The notes below the pieces were generated by a model. That model was not told the DNA's origin and searched no databases. It saw only the letters and a program-made list of their open reading frames with translations. Position numbers and translations under genes: made by a program. Below are positions 9,089 through 18,041 of a DNA stretch of 64,000 nt, piece after piece. Source of the stretch: Ilumatobacteraceae bacterium (GTDB lineage: Bacteria; Actinomycetota; Acidimicrobiia; Acidimicrobiales; Ilumatobacteraceae). The stretch is taken from positions 11,341 to 75,340 of the forward strand of contig JALQYL010000001.1 in assembly GCA_023254135.1 (NCBI GenBank). The letters run 5' to 3'. Position 1 is the first letter of the stretch; the number at the start of each line of letters is the position of its first letter.

Positions 9089-9924
9089 GATTGGATACTC
9101 CTTTGAAGAAGTCGTTGGGCGAGAACGGAAATGGCGTGACGTCGATATTCCGCCGTTGAGCGATGATCGTCTATTGGTCTTGCTTCGCTTGCCGCGCGAC
9201 GACCGAATTCCGCACAATCTGCTGGTTGTAGGTCCGTGAGGGTCGCGAAGTTTTCGTGCAGCCATTTTTCAGCTTCTACACAACGGATGATTGTCGGTCC
9301 GACGGAACCCAATGCCAAGCGAACCATGTCATCTTGAATCGCGAGACAAGCCGATGCGACGGAAATAACCATTGCATTGCGAACGCCCACCTTTGAATAC
9401 CCCTGCCATCCATTCGCCTTTGGAATGGTGACCCCTGTAATCATTTCCGTTGCAGTGCGAGAAGTCCGTTTGGGTCCCACCATGTATTCGGCAAACGGAA
9501 CGGATCGAACGCCGTGTGAAGAAGCAAGGTGTACTTCTGCGTTGAGTGCCGACAGGACAGGCAATGAATCACCTGCGGGGGAGCAAGTCCCCAAGTTTCC
9601 ACCCAAGGTACCTGCAGCTCGAATCTGAGGAGATCCAACGGTGCGAGCCGCCGCAGCAAGTGCAGGTGCCACCTTTTGTAGTTCGCCGGACTCCATTTCC
9701 GAGTAGGGAACACCTGCGCCAATGTAAATGGAAGACGTTTCGTTGTTGATGGTCCATGTTCTCAACTCGTCGACATTTCGCAGGGCAACCACATCGCTTG
9801 GTTTGCGATGATTGAAATTGATTTCCACCATTACGTCGGTTCCGCCTCCGAGCACCAATGCGTGTGGGTGCGCTTCAAGGAGTGCCGTGGCCTCTTCTAT
9901 GGTGTGCGGTAGGTAGACAGTCAT
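9085..9924 (-). CDS. FAD-binding medium subunit (CoxM/XdhB/YgfM-like)
   Basis: 279 aa with LGGGTDV FAD-binding motif and a CO dehydrogenase flavoprotein-like C-terminus. Confidence 0.85.
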   Translation of the reverse strand: MTVYLPHTIEEATALLEAHPHALVLGGGTDVMVEINFNHRKPSDVVALRNVDELRTWTINNETSSIYIGAGVPYSEMESGELQKVAPALAAAARTVGSPQIRAAGTLGGNLGTCSPAGDSLPVLSALNAEVHLASSHGVRSVPFAEYMVGPKRTSRTATEMITGVTIPKANGWQGYSKVGVRNAMVISVASACLAIQDDMVRLALGSVGPTIIRCVEAEKWLHENFATLTDLQPADCAEFGRRAASEARPIDDHRSTAEYRRHAISVLAQRLLQRSIQS

Positions 9925-9939
9925 TGCATTTCCTTTTCG

Positions 9940-11007
9940 CTAACTTGCGAGTCTCGCGTGAAGTCGCGTGGCGGCTTCCGCCGCCTTGGCGCGAACTTCT
10001 TCAATGTCGAATTGTGTTGGAGTTCCGTCTCGCACAACTTCCGTACCGTTGACGTGAACCGACGTACACCGGATGCCTGGGGTGAAGGCAACATGCCAGG
10101 GGCTGTCAACATGGTCGTAATTCCACGTCACCACATCGTGTCGAACCTCGGGAAAGAACTGTTCACCATTCGACAACCAGGTCCACACGGTGTCGGGTGT
10201 TTCGGTCACATTGCTTTCGCGGAGCCGCACATAGCCCAAGCGAGCCTCTTCCAGCATGTCGGCGCCAATACCGTCGGTGCCGAGAACAACTTTGTTGTCC
10301 CATTGCGTGGGATGTGCATATCCGACTGCATTGTTCATGTTGGAACGGGGATTGTGGGCCAAGGTTCCGCGCAACGGACGATCCAAATGAACGGCATGGA
10401 CGAGCAACCAATTGTCCTGAGCCAGGTTCTCAAGACGCGCACCGGCATCGCTATCTTCAGCGCCCTCGGCAACATGAATATGCACGCCGACGTCTAGTTG
10501 GGAAGCCGCATCTGCGACTGCAGCCAAGGTTTCATCGCCACAGGTGAAGGCTGCATGCACACCCAGCATGCCACGGCCGCCTTCTTTCAGAAATCGAATA
10601 TTTTCGTCCAGTCCGCGCCGCGCTTCGGCAGTCATGGCGGAACTGGGGGACACCTCAGACGTCATCTTGGAACCACTCCAGCGGTCTGTGATTCCGTAAC
10701 ACAAGTTGCTTCGTACTCCCACCATGTCGCAGGCGTTCTTGATTGCATCAAGGCTTCCTTCAATGGCAAACGGAGACTCGTGGTGATCGATGATGGCAGT
10801 GGTGCCATTGCACAACGCTTCTGCTGCTCCCAAAGCGGCTGACCAATAGATCATGTCCAGGTCCAAGGCAGCGTCCAGACGCCACCACACATTTTCCAAA
10901 ATGGAGAGAAATGAATCAGGAGTGCGGGGAGGCGCTGGCATCCCGCGTGCCAAAGACGAATACAGATGGTGATGCGAACACACCAATCCATTGGTGGTGA
11001 AGGACAT
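9940..11007 (-). CDS. ssnA: SsnA-family aminohydrolase, N-terminally short
   Basis: Recalled SsnA-like blocks are present: VCSHHHLYSSLARG, ENVWWRLD, IDHHESP, ENIRF, NPRSNMNNAVGY, LGTDGIGADMLEE. An in-frame stop lies one codon upstream of ATG 11007. Confidence 0.75.
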   Translation of the reverse strand: MSFTTNGLVCSHHHLYSSLARGMPAPPRTPDSFLSILENVWWRLDAALDLDMIYWSAALGAAEALCNGTTAIIDHHESPFAIEGSLDAIKNACDMVGVRSNLCYGITDRWSGSKMTSEVSPSSAMTAEARRGLDENIRFLKEGGRGMLGVHAAFTCGDETLAAVADAASQLDVGVHIHVAEGAEDSDAGARLENLAQDNWLLVHAVHLDRPLRGTLAHNPRSNMNNAVGYAHPTQWDNKVVLGTDGIGADMLEEARLGYVRLRESNVTETPDTVWTWLSNGEQFFPEVRHDVVTWNYDHVDSPWHVAFTPGIRCTSVHVNGTEVVRDGTPTQFDIEEVRAKAAEAATRLHARLAS

Positions 11008-11010
11008 GAA

Positions 11011-11934
11011 CTACTCCGTCACCACACCGCGTTGTTCGGTGATGCGACCGTACACCTCTGGGCGGCGGTATCGATCAAAGTCAAACAACGTCCCCGTGTA
11101 TCGCTTGCACCAATCCATGTCGCAATGCGCCACAATTAGTTCGTCATCAGTAGTAAGCGCTTGCGCCACAATTTGACCACTTGGAGCAACAATCATGCTT
11201 TGACCCAATGAATCAACACCTTCTTCAACGCCACCCTTGGCCACACCGACAACCCAGGTGCCGTTTTGGTAGGCACCTGATTGCATCACGAGTGCATTAT
11301 GAAAACCCTGCAAGATGTCCTGGCTTGGATCCGGTACGTAATGAATGGGGGTGTTGTAGCCGCACAGAATGAGTTCGACACCTTGAAGGCCCATCACGCG
11401 ATACGTCTCTGGCCAGCGACGGTCATTGCAGATCATCATTCCCACTCGAGCACCAAAGGCTTCCCACACACCGAAGCCCTCGTTGGATGGCTCAAAGTAA
11501 TACCGTTCAGCGTGCTGAAATGGTCGATCTGGTTCGTGGTGTTCATGTCCGGGAATGTGCACCTTGCGATACTTCGCAACAATGGTGCCGTCCTTTTCCA
11601 CCAGAACCTGTGTGTTGAATCGATGTCCGTCCGTGGTGAGTTCTGCGTATCCCAAACAGAAACCGATTCCCAATTTCTTCGCCTCATCAAAAAGGGGCTG
11701 GGTCACCGGTGATGGCATCTCGGTCTCGTACCAATGGTCTGCCTCTGAGATGTCGTCAATGAACCAACGTGGAAAAAATGTAGTGAGTGCTAGTTCAGGA
11801 AAGACCACCACATCGCAGCCCGATCGATGAGCTTGACGCAGCAATGTGATGAGTCGCTGCACCACCTGTTCGCGGGTGTGAGATTTCTGAATGGGGCCAA
11901 GTTGGGCAGCGCCAATCGTGATGTTGCGAGTCAT
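11011..11934 (-). CDS. N-carbamoyl-D-amino-acid hydrolase-like carbon-nitrogen hydrolase
   Basis: Starts MTRNITIGAAQLGP. It contains FPELALTTFFPRW, KYRKVHIPG and MMICNDRRWPE, matching the Glu-Lys-Cys triad context of D-carbamoylases. The start is 1 nt after the upstream gene's stop. Confidence 0.8.
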   Translation of the reverse strand: MTRNITIGAAQLGPIQKSHTREQVVQRLITLLRQAHRSGCDVVVFPELALTTFFPRWFIDDISEADHWYETEMPSPVTQPLFDEAKKLGIGFCLGYAELTTDGHRFNTQVLVEKDGTIVAKYRKVHIPGHEHHEPDRPFQHAERYYFEPSNEGFGVWEAFGARVGMMICNDRRWPETYRVMGLQGVELILCGYNTPIHYVPDPSQDILQGFHNALVMQSGAYQNGTWVVGVAKGGVEEGVDSLGQSMIVAPSGQIVAQALTTDDELIVAHCDMDWCKRYTGTLFDFDRYRRPEVYGRITEQRGVVTE

Positions 11935-11935
11935 A

Positions 11936-13189
11936 TTAGAAGTCCTTTTTTTCGGCAAGGGCAAGAATGGTGTGGAGCAAAATATTTGCGCCGTTTGCGA
12001 TGTCTTGGGCAGAGGTATGTTCGGCTGGGTTGTGGCTAATGCCATTCACGCTGGGCACAAAGATCATGGAAGTGGGGCAGACACGCGCAAGCATCTGTGC
12101 GTCATGGCCGGCTCCACTTGGCATTCGGTGGACGGAATGCCCGTGTTGCTTGGCTAGTGATTCCACCAAATCAATCAATTCGCTGTCGAACTCAACCGGC
12201 TCGAAACGCGCGAGTGTTCGTGAGCTGATCCGAACACCTTCTGCCTCGGCAATCTGTGCGATAAAGGTGGCGATTTCGGATTCAGCCTGAGCCAACAGTG
12301 ATTCATCGGTATTGCGTACATCCACAGTCATCACTGCTTTGGCAGGCACCACATTGATCAGATTGGGGAAGAGATCAATTTTTCCCACTGTTCCTACTTG
12401 ATTGCCGCCATAACGATTCGCAAGATTGCGAACGAACACCGCAATGGAAGATGCAACATAAGCCGGGTCACAGCGCATGGACATTGGCGTAGTACCAGCA
12501 TGGTTGGACTGACCTTCGATGGTGAGTTCCTGCCAACTGATGCCTTGCACACCGGTGACGGCTCCGATGGACACACCAATCTGTTCCAACACGGGCCCTT
12601 GCTCGATGTGTAGTTCCACAAACGAAGACGGAGAAACACCCGGACACGGAGTTGCTCCGTTGTAGCCGATCCGTTCCAACTCATCGGCAACTCGAGCACC
12701 GTCAATTCCAACGGTGTCAAGTGCCTCCTCGACACTGAGGCCACCCACGTACACCAGCGATCCAAACATGTCGGGAGCAAATCGTGCGCCCTCTTCGTTC
12801 GTGAAGAAAGCAACCGAAATGGGGCGCGATGGAATGTGCCCCGATTCCTGCACCGCTTGAATCACTTCAAGCCCTGCTAGAACGCCGAGGTTGCCGTCAT
12901 ATTTTCCACCGGTGCGCACGGTGTCAATGTGAGAACCCGTCATAACTGGGGAGCCGTGTCCTACGTTCCACGTTCCGACAACATTTCCAACCACGTCGAC
13001 GATGACGTCAAGGTTGAGATCCTTCATCCATCCAACAACCAAATCGCGTCCTGCTGCGTCGTCATCAGTGAGGGCAAGTCGACTGTTTCCACCGCCCTCA
13101 ATGGGTGAAATGGAAGCCAGATCCATGAGTCGACCCATCAGACGATCAGCATCAATGCGCAGTGCCGGAATGGGGGACTGAAGAGCCAT
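11936..13189 (-). CDS. M20-family Zn amidase, allantoate amidohydrolase / N-carbamoyl-L-amino-acid hydrolase type
   Basis: The N-terminus GGNSRLALTDDDAAGRDLVVGWMKDL...VGNVVG is typical of the hydantoinase/carbamoylase amidase family. ATG 13189 is preceded by TACACT plus 6 nt (TTG 13195 is the alternative). Confidence 0.8.
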   Translation of the reverse strand: MALQSPIPALRIDADRLMGRLMDLASISPIEGGGNSRLALTDDDAAGRDLVVGWMKDLNLDVIVDVVGNVVGTWNVGHGSPVMTGSHIDTVRTGGKYDGNLGVLAGLEVIQAVQESGHIPSRPISVAFFTNEEGARFAPDMFGSLVYVGGLSVEEALDTVGIDGARVADELERIGYNGATPCPGVSPSSFVELHIEQGPVLEQIGVSIGAVTGVQGISWQELTIEGQSNHAGTTPMSMRCDPAYVASSIAVFVRNLANRYGGNQVGTVGKIDLFPNLINVVPAKAVMTVDVRNTDESLLAQAESEIATFIAQIAEAEGVRISSRTLARFEPVEFDSELIDLVESLAKQHGHSVHRMPSGAGHDAQMLARVCPTSMIFVPSVNGISHNPAEHTSAQDIANGANILLHTILALAEKKDF

Positions 13190-13299
13190 GGGCAAAGTGT
13201 ACGAAATGTAAAGCCGTCACCCCTGATTCATTGGGTTTCGGGCATGTGAAGTCTGGGTATGGCGTTTTGACCCTTGGCCAGTGCATAGGGTTTCTCGCC

Positions 13300-14028
13300 G
13301 TGACACTTGCCAACATCATGTGGATTATCGCTTGCGTGGGAGTGGCCGCCTTCGCTCAGTCATTGGCAGGATTCGGTTTCGGGCTCCTGGCTGTTCCGAT
13401 GATGCAAATGGCTCTTAGTCCTCGGGACGCGGTGATCATCTCTACTTTGATTGGAGCGGTGTCCACCACCACACAAGCAGTGATTGATCGCAAGAGTGCT
13501 CACGTGCCAACAGTGAAGCGGCTCACCATCGCTTCGTACCTTGGTATGCCTATTGGCCTCATGGTGTTCGTCCTGGTGTCGGATTCTGCGTTACGAATCA
13601 CGCTCGGTGTTGTGGTGATTCTGGCGGCCATTGTCTTGTCGCGAGGTTTCACTCTGCACGATGATGCCCATCATTTTGATTGGCTGTTGGGAATGGTGAG
13701 TGGAGTTCTCGCAACTTCAACATCCACAAACGGGCCACCTCTTGTTTTTCTGATGCAAGCTCGCAAGATGAGTCCCGAAGTGTTTCGGTCGACCATCAAT
13801 TCCATTTTCTCGTTTGCCAACATCGGAGCGCTCACCCTCTTCTTCGTGTCGGGCAAAATGGATCTGCACACTATGTACGGCGCCTTGGCTGCAATACCCG
13901 CCCTCTTCGTTTCGTTGCGTCTTGGGTACTCACTGCGTCCAAGGGTGAGCGCCGAATTCTTCCGGAAATTGGTGCTGATCATGTTGGTGTTGTCGGGCGC
14001 AAGCCTCCTTCTGAAGGCGATGCTGTAA
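13300..14028 (+). CDS. TauE/SafE-family (TSUP) membrane anion exporter
   Basis: Polytopic membrane protein with the GFGFGLLAVP motif. Start is GTG 13300 (TAGGGT 8 nt upstream) or ATG 13318. The ORF-track start 13162 overlaps the divergent gene. Confidence 0.7.
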   Translation: MTLANIMWIIACVGVAAFAQSLAGFGFGLLAVPMMQMALSPRDAVIISTLIGAVSTTTQAVIDRKSAHVPTVKRLTIASYLGMPIGLMVFVLVSDSALRITLGVVVILAAIVLSRGFTLHDDAHHFDWLLGMVSGVLATSTSTNGPPLVFLMQARKMSPEVFRSTINSIFSFANIGALTLFFVSGKMDLHTMYGALAAIPALFVSLRLGYSLRPRVSAEFFRKLVLIMLVLSGASLLLKAML

Positions 14029-14036
14029 CAGCGTTC

Positions 14037-14759
14037 TTAGTGACCGAACATCATCATCCATTGTTCACGAGAACGCGGTTTGAAGACATAGTTGTATTCC
14101 TTCACTTCTGCCATTCGACCGGCAGGCGCCTCTGAATAGCGATGTCCCGGAAGAACAATGGTGTCGTCGGGAAGTGATGCCAAAGTGGTGAGACTTTCGT
14201 ACATTTGACCCACGTCTGAGCCAGGAAGATCAGTACGGCCACATCCTTCCAAGAACAAAGTGTCGCCAGAGACCAGGCATCCTGCAGTCAGGAAGCACTG
14301 GCTTCCGGGAGTGTGCCCGGGGGTGTGAATGCAAGTGATGGGAAGGTTGCCCACCATGATCACATCACCTGCCTCGTGTACGACCAGGTCGCTCTCGGAG
14401 ATACCTGTTGTGCGCGTGACCCATGGAGCTTCGTGAACATTGACATGGATAGGAACATGATGGGTCTCCAGCAGTGCGGCAACCCCCTCGATGGTGTGTC
14501 CCATCATGGAACCTCCCACGTGGTCAGCGTGGTAGTGACTTGCCAAGACCCCGGTCACTTTCATGCCATCGGATTCTGCGATTGACACAATTTCCTGAAC
14601 TGCATACGCAGGATCGACTATGACACATTCACCCGTGCTCTTGTCGCCGATGAGATACGCAAAATTCACCATTTGGCGCGCCACCATGTTGTCGGCTCCA
14701 AAGTCTTGGCCGCTCAAGAGTTGTCGAAAGTAGATGGGATTGGCGTCTTGACTGCTCAC
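14037..14759 (-). CDS. MBL-fold metallo-hydrolase (glyoxalase II-like)
   Basis: Has the HYHADHVGG metal motif plus downstream HTPGHTPG. GTG 14759 is preceded by TATTCT plus 7 nt. Longer alternatives start at 14858 or 14882. Confidence 0.8.
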   Translation of the reverse strand: MSSQDANPIYFRQLLSGQDFGADNMVARQMVNFAYLIGDKSTGECVIVDPAYAVQEIVSIAESDGMKVTGVLASHYHADHVGGSMMGHTIEGVAALLETHHVPIHVNVHEAPWVTRTTGISESDLVVHEAGDVIMVGNLPITCIHTPGHTPGSQCFLTAGCLVSGDTLFLEGCGRTDLPGSDVGQMYESLTTLASLPDDTIVLPGHRYSEAPAGRMAEVKEYNYVFKPRSREQWMMMFGH

Positions 14760-14882
14760 ACAGAGCAGAATAGAGCAATGGCGAACCAACAGACCTTTCA
14801 AGTGGGCGACAGATTCATCATTGGTCAACAAATCATTGAATTGAGTGAGGAGTTTCATCGTTCGTTGGCCGCCGATGACCAA

Positions 14883-16265
14883 GTGTTGGCGGTTGCCGCC
14901 ACCAAATCGTTGAAGCGCATTCCGAGTGAAGTGATATCGCTGGTGGAGAGAGCGGTCGCGTCAGCATCTGATGCTTTCAGCGGACTGGCTCACTGCTCGA
15001 CGGAGAGCGTGAACAGCTTCTTCGATGCAGCGGGGTCATTGTTGGCAGATGATGAAGCCTTTGCCGTGATTGACGACGCCAATAAGTTGGACGTGGCTGA
15101 CGCTCGGTCGCGTGGTCGTTCCACGACTCGACTTGTTCTTGATCCAAAGATGCGATCAGACATGATCCAGGCATTTCACATGTGGCGCGACGCGGACATG
15201 ATTCCTTCATTCAAAACTGATGAAGTAGTTCACAATGGTTGGAGCGTAGAGCAATGGCGCGCACCACTTGGTGTGGTGGGTTTTGTTTTTGAGGGACGTC
15301 CCAATGTGTTCGCCGATGCCACCGGAGTTCTGAAGAGTGGAAACACGGTGGTGTTCCGCATTGGTAGCGATGCTTTGCGAACAGCTAAAGCCATCATGGA
15401 CGTGGTCATTGTTCCTGCCCTGCGCAGAGCACAATTGCCTGAAGGGTCGGTGCAGTTGATTGCATCGCGTGAACATGCCGCCGGATGGAAGCTATTTTCA
15501 GATCGTCGCATAGCTCTCGCAGTCGCGCGTGGTAGCGGCGAGGCCGTTGCGGAATTGGGGTCCATTGCTCAACAATCAGGTGTTCCCGTAAGCCTGCACG
15601 GCACCGGCGGGGCATGGATGATTGTGGGGGAGTCGGCGCAATTGTCCGAACTATCCCAATATGTGGAGCACAGCTTGGATCGCAAAGTGTGCAACACAAT
15701 GAACGTCATATGTGTGCCGGTTTCCAAAGCATCAATATTCGTTCCCGTCATTCTTGAGAGCGCGACAAGAGCCGCGGGGAAGCGGAACACAGCACCACGT
15801 ATTCACGCGGTAAACGGTGCAGAGAAATACCTTCCGCAAAAAACAGTCATCTCTGTTCGCCGTGCCGATGGAGCACACGAAGAGGAGCAGATCTCTGTGT
15901 CGAACGAGTCCGCTTTGGGACACGAGTTTGAGTGGGAAGAGAATCCTGAGTTCTTCATTGTTCTTACCGAGTCCACCGAGCACGCAATGCGTCTGTTCAA
16001 TCAGTACAGCCCGCAGTTCGTGGTGAGTGCCATCACAGATGATGAGTCGGAGTCAGAACTCATTTGGAACACTTGTAATGCGCCATTTTTTGGAAACGGT
16101 TTCACACGCTGGGTTGACGGACAGTTCGCATTGCTTCGTCCAGAACTGGGTCTGAGCAACTGGCAGAGCGGTCGATTGTTTTCTCGCAGTGGCATCTTGT
16201 CCGGAGACTCGGCGTTTACTGTACGCCTTCGTGTTCGACAATCTGACGCAGGGCTACATCGGTAG
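14883..16265 (+). CDS. glutamate-5-semialdehyde dehydrogenase (ProA)-like aldehyde dehydrogenase
   Basis: ProA-like blocks are PLGVVGFVFEGRPNV, SGNTVVFRIGS, catalytic-Cys context KVCNTMN and a C-terminal FTRWVDG. The start is uncertain (14778, 14865, 14883 or 14931). Confidence 0.65.
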   Translation: MLAVAATKSLKRIPSEVISLVERAVASASDAFSGLAHCSTESVNSFFDAAGSLLADDEAFAVIDDANKLDVADARSRGRSTTRLVLDPKMRSDMIQAFHMWRDADMIPSFKTDEVVHNGWSVEQWRAPLGVVGFVFEGRPNVFADATGVLKSGNTVVFRIGSDALRTAKAIMDVVIVPALRRAQLPEGSVQLIASREHAAGWKLFSDRRIALAVARGSGEAVAELGSIAQQSGVPVSLHGTGGAWMIVGESAQLSELSQYVEHSLDRKVCNTMNVICVPVSKASIFVPVILESATRAAGKRNTAPRIHAVNGAEKYLPQKTVISVRRADGAHEEEQISVSNESALGHEFEWEENPEFFIVLTESTEHAMRLFNQYSPQFVVSAITDDESESELIWNTCNAPFFGNGFTRWVDGQFALLRPELGLSNWQSGRLFSRSGILSGDSAFTVRLRVRQSDAGLHR

Positions 16266-16268
16266 AAA

Positions 16269-17111
16269 TTATGACAATGCAATGTTGTCAATCAGACGTA
16301 CATCGTCAAACCAACAAGCAATACACATCACCGAATTTTCTGAGGCCAAGTCAGTGCTCAGCAGCGTGACTGCATTACATTCAGTCACATACTCCACGTT
16401 TGCATCAACAGCTGTTTGCAGCACGTCACGCGCGATCGATTCCAATTTCGTGCGTGACCGTTCACCTTGTTTGTAGGCCTCGCGTGCTGCAGTAAGAGCT
16501 TGATAAATGACGGGAGCTTGGGCCCTTGCTTGATGGCTGAGACGAACGTTTCGACTGGAGAGCGCAAGTCCATCTGGCTCGCGCACAGTTGGCACTCCCA
16601 CGATGGTGACATCCATATCGAGTGCTGTGACAGTTTCGTTCACCACAGCCAATTGTTGGAAGTCCTTCCGACCGAAGTAGGCCCTGTGCGGTTGTACGGC
16701 ATTCACCAATTTCACCACCACCGTCGCTACTCCTTTGAAGTGCCCGGGTCTGCCTTCGCCCTCCATTGGGTCTGCGGCCATGCCTGGCTCAACGTAGGTG
16801 CGGTAACCAACGGGGTACATGGAGTCACTCGTCGGTGCGTAAATCGCAGTGGCGCCTGCATCCTGCGCGATTGCAATATCTGCCTCGAAGGTACGCGGAT
16901 ATTTCTCAAAATCAGAGCGCACATTGAACTGGGCGGGATTCACGAAAATCGATACCACCGTCTGTGTATTTTCCGATGCAGACAGACGAATGAGTTCTGC
17001 ATGGCCACCGTGCAATGCGCCCATGGTGGGAACGAAGCCGATTGTTTCTGTGGCGAAACGTTGCGAGCGCGACCAGGCGCGCATTTCGGCGGGCGTGCGC
17101 AATATGAACAT
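16269..17111 (-). CDS. panC: pantoate--beta-alanine ligase
   Basis: 280 aa with the PTMGALHGGH signature. It lies directly downstream of panB. Confidence 0.95.
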   Translation of the reverse strand: MFILRTPAEMRAWSRSQRFATETIGFVPTMGALHGGHAELIRLSASENTQTVVSIFVNPAQFNVRSDFEKYPRTFEADIAIAQDAGATAIYAPTSDSMYPVGYRTYVEPGMAADPMEGEGRPGHFKGVATVVVKLVNAVQPHRAYFGRKDFQQLAVVNETVTALDMDVTIVGVPTVREPDGLALSSRNVRLSHQARAQAPVIYQALTAAREAYKQGERSRTKLESIARDVLQTAVDANVEYVTECNAVTLLSTDLASENSVMCIACWFDDVRLIDNIALS

Positions 17112-17112
17112 G

Positions 17113-17934
17113 TCAGTGGAAACTGTGTTGTTCGTCCGGCCAGGATCCGTTGCTCACCTCGGCCACGTACTCAGCAACCGCTTGCTGTGCGAGCACACGG
17201 AAATTGGAATAGGCCTTTGCGAAAGTGAATGTTCGCTCGGATAAACCCAAAAGATCGTGCATCACCAGCACTTGACCATCGCATTGCACTCCGGCTCCGA
17301 TTCCGATGGTGGGAATGCTGAGCATTCCCGTAATTTCGCTTGCCAATTCTGCGGGGACACCTTCGATGACCACGGCACAGGCGCCAGCTTCTTCAACTGC
17401 GAGGGCGTCGGCAATCAGTCGCGAGCGACTGCCTGCACTGTCTCCGTCCGAACGTCCTTGAATCTTGTTGCCGCCCATCCGGTGATAGCTCTGCGGCGTG
17501 AGTCCGATGTGCCCCATCACGGGTATGTCCGAATTGGCGATGCAGGAGATTGCGTCTTGCACGAACAGACCACCTTCGAGCTTCACAATTTCGGCTCCGG
17601 CCTTCACCAGACGAACTGCATTGTCTACCGCATCCACAGATGAGGACTGATATGAACCAAAGGGCATGTCTCCAACAATGAGAGCTTTCGGTTGTGCGGC
17701 CGCTACCAGTCGCACGTGGTACACCATTTCGTCCATGCTCACACCGAGGGTGTTCTTCTGTCCTTGCATCACGGTTGCAACAGAATCACCTACCAAAATG
17801 AGATCAACACCGCCAGCATCAACTATGGAAGCAAAGGTGGCGTCGTATGCCGTGACCATAGAGAGGCGACTCTGCTCGGCTTTGCGTTGCACAAGCATGG
17901 GAACTGTCATCTTGGGGCGCGAAATGTTCGTCAT
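17113..17934 (-). CDS. panB: 3-methyl-2-oxobutanoate hydroxymethyltransferase
   Basis: 273 aa with MVTAYDA, GDS and KLEGG motifs. Confidence 0.95.
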   Translation of the reverse strand: MTNISRPKMTVPMLVQRKAEQSRLSMVTAYDATFASIVDAGGVDLILVGDSVATVMQGQKNTLGVSMDEMVYHVRLVAAAQPKALIVGDMPFGSYQSSSVDAVDNAVRLVKAGAEIVKLEGGLFVQDAISCIANSDIPVMGHIGLTPQSYHRMGGNKIQGRSDGDSAGSRSRLIADALAVEEAGACAVVIEGVPAELASEITGMLSIPTIGIGAGVQCDGQVLVMHDLLGLSERTFTFAKAYSNFRVLAQQAVAEYVAEVSNGSWPDEQHSFH

Positions 17935-18041
17935 AGAAATCCCAATTCGGGAACCTCAGGCTACGCCCTGACCGCATCACTGGCACCGTGCCCTTGGTGA
18001 CGAATGTCGCCAGAATCGTTACCAATCAGTAGCGTTGTCGC

